Part shown: piece after piece, positions 9,559 through 18,209 of the stretch
Position numbering within the stretch: position 1 is the first letter of the stretch
How the letters are laid out: each line of letters begins with the position of its first letter
Source: Patescibacteria group bacterium
GTDB taxonomy: Bacteria; Patescibacteriota; Patescibacteriia; UBA2196
DNA: 64,000 nucleotides
NCBI GenBank assembly: GCA_028748975.1
Contig: JAQTPI010000003.1
Location: 33,064-97,063, forward strand
Reading direction: 5' to 3'
Made by a program: the position numbers and the translations under genes
Notes under the pieces: model-generated
Told to the model about the DNA's origin: nothing
The model's input: only the letters and a program-made list of their open reading frames with translations
Databases searched by the model: none

Positions 9559-9897
9559 TTATTTTTTCGCTGCTGGAGCAACCGGTGCTGCAGGTGTAGT
9601 AGCGGCCGAAGCAACAGCGCCTTGTTCAATTTCTTTCTGCATCTTGCCACCATGACGCACGAATTTTCTGGTCGGCGCGAATTCGCCAAGCTTATGGCCC
9701 ACCATATTTTCTACTACCGAGACGGTTAAGTGTGTCTTGCCATTATGCACGCCGAAAACAAAACCTACCATAGCCGGCGTAATGGTGCAAGCGCGCGACC
9801 AGGTCTTGATGACGGTTTTGTCGCCAATTCTAAGCTTGCCGACTTTTTTCAGTAAGCGTTCATCAACATATGGGCCTTTTTTAAGTGATCTACTCAT
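9559..9897 (-). CDS. rpsS: 30S ribosomal protein uS19
   Basis: [22 protein letters not shown]. Confidence 0.98.
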   Translation of the reverse strand: MSRSLKKGPYVDERLLKKVGKLRIGDKTVIKTWSRACTITPAMVGFVFGVHNGKTHLTVSVVENMVGHKLGEFAPTRKFVRHGGKMQKEIEQGAVASAATTPAAPVAPAAKK

Positions 9898-9903
9898 AAT
9901 TTT

Positions 9904-9995
9904 ATGCGAATTCTTGCGAATTTTGTGCGAATTTTGCGAACAGATAGTTTGGAGCTATTCGCATAATTCGCAGATAATTCGCTAATAATTCGTAT
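9904..9995. repeat. family A palindrome
   Basis: GCGAAT / ATTCGC arms. Confidence 0.85.
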
Positions 9996-10826
9996 TTATT
10001 TCTTCCTTCTCTGCAAAATTAATTTATCCGTCCATTTCTTTTTTCTGGTCTGCACGCCCATGGCGTGTTTGCCCCAAAGGGTTTTGGCGTAAGGCATGCC
10101 GATCGGGTGTTTGCCTTCACCGCCGCCGTGTGGATGGTCCACCGGGTTCATGGCTTTACCGCGAACTGTCGGCTTGATGCCCATGTGGCGCTTGCGGCCG
10201 GCTTTACCCACGCGCACCAGCTTCGCTTCCAGATTGGAAACCTGGCCGATGCTCGCGAGACACTCTTTTCTGACTAAACGAATTTCACTGGAAGGCATTT
10301 TCAATTGCGCGTAATCACCTTCCATATTTTGTAAAATTAATCCGGTGCCGGCGCTGCGCGCGACTTTGCCGCCGCGAAGCGGTTCTAGTTCTATATTATA
10401 CACCATTTCACCTTGCATGACATATTGGAGCGGCAGGCGATTGCCTTTCTTCATATCAATTTTATTTTGGGAAGAAACAATTTTATCGCCGATTTTGGCG
10501 CCGTCCCAAGCCAAGATATAACTTTTCTCGCCGTCTTCATATTTAACGAGGGCGATTCTGGCATTTCGATTGGGATCATATTCAATAGCGATGACTTCAG
10601 CTGGAATATCAAATCTGGTTTGTTTGAAATCAACAAGACGATACATTTTTCTGGTACCGCCGCCGCGATGGCGCACGGTAATTTGCCCGGTGTTGTTGCG
10701 GCCAGAATGTTTCTTGGAAACCACGATTAAATTCTTCTCGGCCTTCTTTTTGGTCAAATCCAAAGAAGAGACCACGGTGGTGTGGCGTCGTCCGGAAGTT
10801 GTTGGTTTGTAGTATTTTATAGCCAT
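9996..10826 (-). CDS. rplB: 50S ribosomal protein uL2
   Basis: EYDPNR, MNPVDHPHGGGEG; start moved to 10826. Confidence 0.99.
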   Translation of the reverse strand: MAIKYYKPTTSGRRHTTVVSSLDLTKKKAEKNLIVVSKKHSGRNNTGQITVRHRGGGTRKMYRLVDFKQTRFDIPAEVIAIEYDPNRNARIALVKYEDGEKSYILAWDGAKIGDKIVSSQNKIDMKKGNRLPLQYVMQGEMVYNIELEPLRGGKVARSAGTGLILQNMEGDYAQLKMPSSEIRLVRKECLASIGQVSNLEAKLVRVGKAGRKRHMGIKPTVRGKAMNPVDHPHGGGEGKHPIGMPYAKTLWGKHAMGVQTRKKKWTDKLILQRRKK

Positions 10827-10833
10827 AGAAAAT

Positions 10834-10965
10834 AAACAAATTTTCACAGATAGAGCACGGATTTTCACAGATACACAGATCGGCTCACCATGATTTTCTC
10901 ACTACCAGAGAGATGAGCAAATCTGTGCATCTGTGTTAATCTGTTTTACATCTGTGTAAATCTGT
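10834..10965. repeat. family C palindrome
   Basis: CACAGAT / ATCTGTG arms. Confidence 0.9.
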
Positions 10966-10970
10966 CTTGC

Positions 10971-11402
10971 TTACACTCCCTCATAGATCGATATTTTATC
11001 ACCCATTTTTAATGTCACCACTGCTTTCTTCCAATTTTTCAGGTGTCCCACGGAACGGCCGGAACGGCTGGTTTTGCCTTTGACATTAACTATATTAATT
11101 TTAAGCGGTTTGACATTATAAGCGTGTTCAATGGCTTTTCTGACTTCGGATTTATTGGTGCGCGGCGAGACCTCAAAAAGATATTTGTTTTCCGCGCCGA
11201 TTAGAGCGCCTTTTTCCGTAACGAGCGGACGAATCAAAATTTGGTGCGCCATCAGATGGCCATATTTTTTTTCATGCTTATCTTTTTGTTCGCGATTGGC
11301 AATCACGCCAACTTTTTCTTCCTTTTTTTTATCAACTTCAACCACGCCTGCCGCGGCAGATTGCTTTTCTTCCTTTTTAGGTTTTTTGCTGAAAATGCTC
11401 AT
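10971..11402 (-). CDS. rplW: 50S ribosomal protein uL23 with N-terminal extension
   Basis: RPLVTEK, NKSEVRKAIE, WKKAVVTL. Confidence 0.96.
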   Translation of the reverse strand: MSIFSKKPKKEEKQSAAAGVVEVDKKKEEKVGVIANREQKDKHEKKYGHLMAHQILIRPLVTEKGALIGAENKYLFEVSPRTNKSEVRKAIEHAYNVKPLKINIVNVKGKTSRSGRSVGHLKNWKKAVVTLKMGDKISIYEGV

Positions 11403-11404
11403 AG

Positions 11405-11554
11405 AAACAGGTTTTCACAGATTTATTACAGATTTTCACAGATACACAGATAAGGCGATCTCATCCCCCTCTCCTTAATAAGGAGAGGGTTGGGGTGAGG
11501 TCGTAATATCTGTGTTTCTGTGTACTATCTGTCTGGCATCTGTGTCTATTTGTT
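11405..11554. repeat. family C palindrome with nested family F-like hairpin
   Basis: Loop carries CCCTCTCCTTAATAAGGAGAGGG. Confidence 0.85.
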
Positions 11555-11558
11555 TATT

Positions 11559-12305
11559 TTAATTTTTTAAATAAGTTTTCTCAATTACCGGCAAAGCTTC
11601 TTCGGAAATAATAATATTTTTATATTTAAGCAAATCCACCACATTCAAACTGTCAGCGGTAGTTATTTTCACGCCCGCCAGATTGCGGCCGGCGCGGAAA
11701 GTGTTTTTGTCCGATTTCGGAAGCACTACAAGTATAGATAATTTATATCTCTTAATATCAAATTTATTTCCAGTTTCCAGTTTCTGATCACTGGTTTCTG
11801 ATTTCTGATTTCCGGTTTCTGTTTTTTTGCTCTTTTTTATTTCTTTTAAAATCAAGATATTTTTGAAATTCTTCACTACCCCAACAAACTCTTTCGTCTT
11901 CCCTTCGGCCAAACTTAATTTATCAACCAAAAACATTAAACCATTATTAACTTTATCCGAAAGGCACATAAAGAGCGCTTTGGTTTTCATTTTCTTATTA
12001 ACTTTTTGGCTGAAATTCCGGTTACTGCGCGGGCCAAAAGTTACGCCGCCGCCTTTCCAAAGCGGAGAGCGGATGGAGCCATGGCGGGCGCGGCCGGTGC
12101 CTTTTTGTTTCCATGGTTTTCTGCCGCCGCCTCTGACTTCGCCTTTGGTTTTGGTGTGAGCAATCGCCACGCGAGCATTTGCCATTTGCGCCACCATCAC
12201 CTGGTGCACCACGCTTTCTTTTACTGCCACGCCAAACATTGCCGGATTCAATTCCGTTTCTTTAACTTTTTCAGCTTGTAAATTATAGACTGGTAACTTT
12301 TCCAT
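11559..12305 (-). CDS. rplD: 50S ribosomal protein uL4 with internal insertion
   Basis: GGGRKPWKQKGTGRARHGS. Confidence 0.98.
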   Translation of the reverse strand: MEKLPVYNLQAEKVKETELNPAMFGVAVKESVVHQVMVAQMANARVAIAHTKTKGEVRGGGRKPWKQKGTGRARHGSIRSPLWKGGGVTFGPRSNRNFSQKVNKKMKTKALFMCLSDKVNNGLMFLVDKLSLAEGKTKEFVGVVKNFKNILILKEIKKSKKTETGNQKSETSDQKLETGNKFDIKRYKLSILVVLPKSDKNTFRAGRNLAGVKITTADSLNVVDLLKYKNIIISEEALPVIEKTYLKN

Positions 12306-12382
12306 AGATATTTTAGAAATTTGTTTTTATCGCGAGTTTACGCGACTGACTACGCTACTTTACGCGACACAGAAATTGATGC

Positions 12383-12742
12383 TTGACATAAATATTTTAA
12401 TTTGCTATACTTGAATTACAAATAGTTTAGTTTAATTTGGGCTAACTCACACAAAAGGAGAAACCATGAAAAAAAAGTATGCGAGGGTGTGTATTGTTTC
12501 TGTCGTACTCCCACTAATTGGTTTTTTGGGATTACTTCTGCTTCCTAAACAATCCACTATCACCACCACACCAAATGTTCTTGCTGCCATCTCTTTAGTT
12601 CTGATTGGACTTGGCGGCGGAATGTTTATTGGCGCTTACACTATGAACCCAATTCGCAGCATAGTCAAATTAATGATGAAGAAAAAAAGTTAAATGTTTC
12701 TATCTATAGGCAGATCACTAATCTGCCTTTTTTATTTGCCAA
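12383..12742 (+). mobile_element. gene cassette 2, antisense between rplC and rplD
   Basis: TTGACA, 17 nt, TGcTATACT; AGGAG; GGCAGAT..ATCTGCC hairpin; TTTTATTTGCCAA end. Confidence 0.6.
12466..12693 (+). CDS. small two-TM membrane protein (cassette cargo)
   Basis: Two hydrophobic segments, SD, promoter and terminator. Confidence 0.75.
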   Translation: MKKKYARVCIVSVVLPLIGFLGLLLLPKQSTITTTPNVLAAISLVLIGLGGGMFIGAYTMNPIRSIVKLMMKKKS

Positions 12743-12790
12743 ATTTTGAAATGAGTTTTATTTTTATTACTCCTATTACTTTTAATACTT

Positions 12791-13588
12791 TTATTCCTGT
12801 TTTGTTTCTACTGGCGCTTCCACTTTTTCTTCCACGATCGGTGTTTCTTTTTTTTCTTCTACAGCCGGCACTGTTTCCTGTTTTCCGCTTTCCGATTTCT
12901 GATTTTCGGCTTCCTTGTCTCTTGTCTCTTGTCTCTTGTCGCTAATTTTCAACTCTCCTTCCCCCACAATTTCCACCAGCCCGCTTCTGGCTCCCGGCAC
13001 CGCGCCTTTGATATAGAGCAAATTATTTTCCAAATCAACTTTGACAATTTCCACATTTTTCACCGAGACCTGCTCATCGCCCATGTGGCCGGCCATTCTG
13101 CGTCCTTTGACCACGTGCTGGACGCCGCCGGCGCCGATGGAACCGGGCATTCTTTCCTGATCTTTATGGCCGTGGCTGGCCGGGTGGCCATGAAAATGAT
13201 GGCGGCGCACCACGCCCTGAAAGCCCTTGCCTTTGGAAGTGCCGGTAACTTTCACTTCATCGCCGACATTAAATGTTTCCGCGGTAATAATATTACCAAC
13301 TTCAATTCCCTGATTTCCGATTTCTGATTTCTGATTACTTTTATTTTTATCCCGAAATTCTCTTGAAAATCTAAAACTACCCAAGCTACCAAAATGTCCC
13401 TTTAATGCTTTAGAATTACTTTTTTTTTCGCCAAAACCAATCTGAACGGATTCATAGCCGTCTTGATCTTTTGACTTGACTTGCGTCACAACGCAGGGGC
13501 CGGCTTTGACAATTGTCGCCGGAACCACATTGCCCGCTTCGTCAAAAAGCTGAGTCATTTCAATTTTCTGGCCGAGGATGTATTTCAT
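12791..13588 (-). CDS. rplC: 50S ribosomal protein uL3
   Basis: GTSKGKGFQG, MAGHMG, KGAVPG. Confidence 0.98.
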   Translation of the reverse strand: MKYILGQKIEMTQLFDEAGNVVPATIVKAGPCVVTQVKSKDQDGYESVQIGFGEKKSNSKALKGHFGSLGSFRFSREFRDKNKSNQKSEIGNQGIEVGNIITAETFNVGDEVKVTGTSKGKGFQGVVRRHHFHGHPASHGHKDQERMPGSIGAGGVQHVVKGRRMAGHMGDEQVSVKNVEIVKVDLENNLLYIKGAVPGARSGLVEIVGEGELKISDKRQETRDKEAENQKSESGKQETVPAVEEKKETPIVEEKVEAPVETKQE

Positions 13589-13592
13589 AGAG

Positions 13593-13738
13593 AAAACAGA
13601 TTTTCACAGATAGAGCACAAATTTTCACAGATACACAGATTTATTTTTCTTGTCATCCCCGTGCAAGCGGGGATCTAGAAATCTGTGTTTATTTGTGTAT
13701 CTGTGTGCTATCTGTTTTACATCTGTGGAGATCTGTTT
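13593..13738. repeat. family C palindrome with nested family G unit
   Basis: Loop carries GTCATCCCCGTGCAAGCGGGGATC. Confidence 0.85.
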
Positions 13739-13742
13739 TAAT

Positions 13743-13940
13743 AAACAAAAACTGGTTCTTTCGAAACCAGCTCAAAACATTATCCAAACCTGCCAAAATT
13801 ACGACACCTAAATGTCGTGAATCTTACGGTTTAATTTTTAGATAATTTTCTAAACTGGTTTTCTTTGATCGCCAAAATGGTAATTACGAACTGTTCCTGC
13901 CTAATTAGCGGGCATCATTCGCGTTTACTTGGCAATAAGT
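13743..13940 (-). promoter_or_regulatory. structured leader with possible terminator/antiterminator upstream of rplC
   Basis: Hairpin 13752-13770 plus U tract; competing arm 13848-13863. Confidence 0.5.
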
Positions 13941-13954
13941 TATCAAAAATAAAA

Positions 13955-14113
13955 TTATTTTTCGGTTTCTTCTTGTTTTTTATCTTGTTCGCCGCTTTCT
14001 TTACTACCAAAGGCTTTTTTTAGAGATTTAGAAAGTTTCTCTACTCCTTTGTTTAACATCTCTTCTGTTTTCTTACTACCTCGTTCAATTGCTTGTTGTG
14101 GGTTAAAATTCAT
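13955..14113 (-). CDS. 52-aa hypothetical protein (below ORF-track cutoff)
   Basis: Manual translation MNFNPQQAIERGSKKTEEMLNKG...EETEK. Confidence 0.45.
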   Translation of the reverse strand: MNFNPQQAIERGSKKTEEMLNKGVEKLSKSLKKAFGSKESGEQDKKQEETEK

Positions 14114-14232
14114 AAAATATTTATTTTCTGGATTCCCTTTCTCAAGGGAATGACAGAAATTAAAATTTATTTACTGACGAGATCCCTCGGCTCCTAACTT
14201 CCCTATAAGGCCGCTCGGGATAAACTACCAAA

Positions 14233-14589
14233 CTACATTTTTATTTCTATATCAACACCTGACGGCAAATTCAAACTGGACAATTCTTCAATGGTTTTCG
14301 GGCGCGGATTGAAAATGTCAATCAAACGCTTATGCGTGCGGATTTCAAACTGCTCGCGAGCGTTTTTGTGGACAAAGGTGGAACGATTGACGGTATATTT
14401 GTCTTTTTCCGTGGGCAATGGCACCGGACCCTTGACGGTCGCTTGGGTGCGCAGGGCATTATCAATAATCGTGCGGCAGGCGTGGTCAATCAGCTTGTGA
14501 TCAAAAGAACGAACTTTGATTCTTAAGCGATGTTCCAGGGGCGCTTCCACTTTATCGGTATTTTCTTTTTTTGAAATTTTGTCAGACAT
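14233..14589 (-). CDS. rpsJ: 30S ribosomal protein uS10
   Basis: GPVPLPT, REQFEIRTHKRLIDI. Confidence 0.98.
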   Translation of the reverse strand: MSDKISKKENTDKVEAPLEHRLRIKVRSFDHKLIDHACRTIIDNALRTQATVKGPVPLPTEKDKYTVNRSTFVHKNAREQFEIRTHKRLIDIFNPRPKTIEELSSLNLPSGVDIEIKM

Positions 14590-14627
14590 TTCTCTTTTTT
14601 TAAATTTTTAAGCTACGAATTTGTGTC

Positions 14628-14756
14628 GTTATCCCCTCCTTTCGAAGGAGGGGTGGCCGATAGCAATCGGTCGGGGTGGTTGTAATTTGTATTTTTTACA
14701 ACCCCTCTGCCCTCGACTGCTGTCGGGGCACCTCCCCTTCGAAAGGGGAGGATAAC
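14628..14756. repeat. family F REP-like pair
   Basis: Inverted relatives of the 1797-1924 units. Confidence 0.85.
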
Positions 14757-14815
14757 CACTTTTAGACACGCTTCAGTCCCCCGCCAAAGCGAGGAACTGC
14801 TTGTTTGTCTAAAAA

Positions 14816-16018
14816 TTACTTAATTATCTTCGTCACTGAACCAGCTCCCACGGTGTGGCCGCCTTCGCGGATGGCGAATTTGCCTTTTTCCTCCAAAGCG
14901 ACTGGGTGAATCAAAACAACTTTGATGGCTACGGTGTCGCCCGGCATCACCATTTCGGTGCCTTCTGGCAAAATGACTTCGCCAGTGACATCGGTGGTGC
15001 GGATATAAAATTGCGGCTTATAACCCTTCATAAAAGGAGTATGTCGGCCGCCTTCATCTTTGCTTAAAATGTAAACCTGGGCGTCAAATTCGGTATGCGG
15101 AGTGATGGAACCGGGTTTGGCAATGACTTGTCCGCGCATAACATCTTCTTTTTTGGTGCCGCGGATTAAAATTCCGGCGTTGTCGCCAGCTTGGCCTTTG
15201 TCCAAAGATTTCTTAAACATTTCAATGCCGGTGACCACGGTTTTTTGAGTGTCTTTCAAACCGACAATTTCCACTTCGTCATTTAAATTGACAATGCCGC
15301 GTTCAATTCTGCCAGTAACAACGGTGCCACGGCCTTCAATGGAGAAGACGTCTTCAATCGGCATCAGAAACGGCTTGTCAGTGTCGCGCACCGGAGTCGG
15401 CACATATTCATCAACTTTATTCATTAATTCCAAAACAGCTTTGTAGTTGGGATCTTCTTTATTACCGGCATTGGCCGCTTCCAAGGCTTTGAGAGCGGAA
15501 CCTTTGATAATTGGGGTGTCTTTGCCTGGAAATTCATATTTGGTAAGTAAATCGCGGACTTCTTCTTCCACCAAATTCACTAATTCCGGATCATCAACCT
15601 GATCGGTTTTATTCAAGAAAACAACAATGGCTGGCACACCCACTTGGCGGGCAAGCAAGATGTGTTCGCGGGTTTGAGGCATCGGGCCGTCAGCAGCGGA
15701 CACGACCAAAATCGCACCGTCCATCTGGGCGGCGCCGGTAATCATGTTCTTGATGTAGTCAGCGTGGCCGGGACAGTCAACGTGCGCGTAATGGCGCTTT
15801 TTGGTTTGATATTCCACGTGAGCGGTCGCAATGGTAATGCCGCGGGATTTGGATTCCGGAGCTTTATCCAGTTTTTCAATGTCGGCCTTGTCAGCTTTAT
15901 CGCCTTCGGCGTTAAGCACAGACAAAATAGCCGCGGTCAAGGTTGTCTTGCCGTGGTCGACGTGACCGATGGTACCGATGTTGACATGCGGTAAGGATCT
16001 GTCAAATTGTTCTGCCAT
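14816..16018 (-). CDS. tuf: elongation factor Tu
   Basis: [24 protein letters not shown]. Confidence 0.99.
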   Translation of the reverse strand: MAEQFDRSLPHVNIGTIGHVDHGKTTLTAAILSVLNAEGDKADKADIEKLDKAPESKSRGITIATAHVEYQTKKRHYAHVDCPGHADYIKNMITGAAQMDGAILVVSAADGPMPQTREHILLARQVGVPAIVVFLNKTDQVDDPELVNLVEEEVRDLLTKYEFPGKDTPIIKGSALKALEAANAGNKEDPNYKAVLELMNKVDEYVPTPVRDTDKPFLMPIEDVFSIEGRGTVVTGRIERGIVNLNDEVEIVGLKDTQKTVVTGIEMFKKSLDKGQAGDNAGILIRGTKKEDVMRGQVIAKPGSITPHTEFDAQVYILSKDEGGRHTPFMKGYKPQFYIRTTDVTGEVILPEGTEMVMPGDTVAIKVVLIHPVALEEKGKFAIREGGHTVGAGSVTKIIK

Positions 16019-16138
16019 ATTTATTTTTTCACATTAGCAACACCCCTCTTATTTTAGCGGAGGTTTTGTGACCAGTTGCTAAAAATTAACTTTTATTGTT
16101 TAATATAGATTTTATACCCATTACAGAGATCAGAGATA

Positions 16139-16167
16139 ATTATAGACGATTATCAAAAGTGTGTCAA
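16139..16167 (-). promoter_or_regulatory. sigma70 promoter of tuf
   Basis: TTGACA, 17 nt, TATAAT. Confidence 0.8.
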
Positions 16168-16249
16168 ATTTAACCGGTAATCAGTAACTAGTAATCAGTA
16201 ATCAGGGTTTTACGACCCAGGTTTCTGATTTCTAATTTCTGCTTTCCTT

Positions 16250-16996
16250 TTATTCAATCGGTTCCACCAAAAATTCATCCACGTCTTTTTTTTCATCTTT
16301 TACTTCCCCATTCTCCGCGTCAGCTTCAATTATTGGCAAATCTTTATTTACTTCGGCTGGTTTTTCCGCTTCATAATTAACGTCGCCGACAGTTGTTTCA
16401 TTTAGCCACTCATCGTCCAGGGGTTCATCGTCTACTGGAAAAACCGATTCATCCGCTGTGATTGTTTTTTCTTTAAAAACATCGGGTAGATCTTTTTCCT
16501 CGTCCATCTTTAAATCTTTGTCCATAAAATCTTCTGGCCATTTGGGCGGAGTCCAACTTGCCTCGCCAAAAGGCGGGTTTTCATCATCATCGTCATCATC
16601 AGCCAAGGGGTCAAAAGTTTTTTTGCCGAAAATATCTTCCTCGCGATCGCCAAACAAATCTCGGTCATGATTAAAATCATGATTAAAATCAGTATTATTA
16701 TCAAACGGCAGACGCGGCATAAAATCTTCACCTAAATCACGGGGCGAGAAAAAATCCATGTCGGTGCCGAGTCCGATTTCGCGCTGGGCCTGTTTCCACA
16801 AAGAAATTTCGCGGTTGACGCGGTTTAAAATTTCTTCCTCGGTCATGCCGGCGTAATCGGTTTGGTCCGAAACCATTTCTTCATATTTTTCAAGTGGCAC
16901 AATGGCAAATGGTTCGCCAAATTCCGGCACGACAATCATCTTGTCGCCGGTGCGCTTGGCCAGGTCTATGATTTTTTCAAGTTGAGGGGAAAACAT
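16250..16996 (-). CDS. acidic hypothetical protein
   Basis: 248-aa ORF with D/E-rich C-terminus. Confidence 0.8.
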   Translation of the reverse strand: MFSPQLEKIIDLAKRTGDKMIVVPEFGEPFAIVPLEKYEEMVSDQTDYAGMTEEEILNRVNREISLWKQAQREIGLGTDMDFFSPRDLGEDFMPRLPFDNNTDFNHDFNHDRDLFGDREEDIFGKKTFDPLADDDDDDENPPFGEASWTPPKWPEDFMDKDLKMDEEKDLPDVFKEKTITADESVFPVDDEPLDDEWLNETTVGDVNYEAEKPAEVNKDLPIIEADAENGEVKDEKKDVDEFLVEPIE

Positions 16997-17009
16997 AATT
17001 CAAGTAAAT

Positions 17010-17173
17010 GTCATTCCGAGTCCCGCATTTGCGGGGCGAGAAATCTCGTCGCTATCCTCCCCTTTCGAAGGGGAGGTGTCCCGCAGCAGCGGAACGGAGG
17101 GGTTGTAAAATATTCTACCACAACCACCCTGCTCGCTCTCGCTCGCACCCCTCCTTCGAAAGGAGGGGATAAC
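17010..17173. repeat. family G unit plus family F pair
   Basis: GTCATTCCGAG hairpin followed by CTCCCCTTTCGAAGGGGAG and CCCTCCTTCGAAAGGAGGG. Confidence 0.8.
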
Positions 17174-17230
17174 GATTTTATTTTCTGTATTTATTATAGA
17201 ATTCCTATAAAAGAAGTCAAATAGAAATTC

Positions 17231-17640
17231 TTGACAAAATTTTATAGATTTGCTACAATAGAAGTAATGGTCTAAACAAGATTAGATTTCTCATAATAAA
17301 TAGGAGGATGCAGCCATGGCAAAGGAAAACGAAGTTTATATTATACAGAGGGGAATTAATCTTGAGGTGGCAGTTCCGGAAAAATATGCCTGGAATTTTA
17401 TGGAAAATTTCCGTCATGTATTTCCGCAAAAGAATTATCCAGAGAGCAGTATTTATTTAAAAGCATGCGAATCTGGTTATGTCATCAAAATAAGAATTCT
17501 CGATAAAGAAGAAAAAATTCTTAAATCTTTTCTGCGAGAATTCTGTGCGGAACGAAATCTTTCTTTTTATAAAACCAAATAATCCAATTGCTTAATGTGG
17601 CCTTCGGTTCTTAACCGGAGGCTTTTTTTATTTGTAAAAA
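17231..17640 (+). mobile_element. gene cassette 3
   Basis: TTGACA, 17 nt, TGcTACAAT; AGGAGG; hairpin 17600-17622; TTTTATTTGTAAA. Confidence 0.55.
17316..17582 (+). CDS. hypothetical protein (cassette cargo)
   Basis: 88 aa; SD AGGAGG. Confidence 0.75.
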   Translation: MAKENEVYIIQRGINLEVAVPEKYAWNFMENFRHVFPQKNYPESSIYLKACESGYVIKIRILDKEEKILKSFLREFCAERNLSFYKTK

Positions 17641-17648
17641 AATGAATC

Positions 17649-18134
17649 TTGACAAAATTTGTGGGTTTGCTAAAATTTAGGCGTGGTTCTTTTGCTCACA
17701 ATAAATGACTAAAAAATCAGAAAAAAGGAGGAAAACTTATGTCACAGCGGGCAGATTATGCGCAACAGCGGGCAGATTATGCACAGATGAGGGCAAAACT
17801 CAATGCCTTGGACACAACCGATCCGGTTTCCTGTACTATGAACATGTTAGGTATTATCAAAAGAACTCTTGAAGAAAAAGGGCCCATAATGGGTCTTCAT
17901 GACATGTTTGATTTTACACTTCAGGAAGCGGAACTGATTATAAAAGAAGCGGATGAATCCAAAGTCGGTCACGACAAAATGAAAAAAATACGGCTTGAGC
18001 TGCAAGAATATCGAAAAATCCTCAACGAATTGGATAGGGAAAGGGCTGTTCTCGAAGCTATTTTTAATTGAGGTATTTTCCTCAACATCAAGGTCAGAAC
18101 CGTATGGCACGCCATGCGGTTTTTTATTTGTCAA
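17649..18134 (+). mobile_element. gene cassette 4
   Basis: TTGACA, 16 nt, TGcTAAAAT; AGGAGG; hairpin 18099-18120; TTTTATTTGTCAA. Confidence 0.6.
17739..18071 (+). CDS. helical hypothetical protein (cassette cargo)
   Basis: 110 aa; SD AGGAGG. Confidence 0.75.
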   Translation: MSQRADYAQQRADYAQMRAKLNALDTTDPVSCTMNMLGIIKRTLEEKGPIMGLHDMFDFTLQEAELIIKEADESKVGHDKMKKIRLELQEYRKILNELDRERAVLEAIFN

Positions 18135-18209
18135 AAAACTTTTACTTTTATTACTTCTATTACTTTTAATGCTTTTATTACTTATTCCCTATTCCCTAAT
18201 CCCTAATCA

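Noticed and set aside
1340-13738. CRISPR array suggested by the many short repeats
   Set aside because: The repeats form inverted arms of degenerate 7-12 nt units, with no constant direct repeat, no regular unique spacers and no cas1/cas2.
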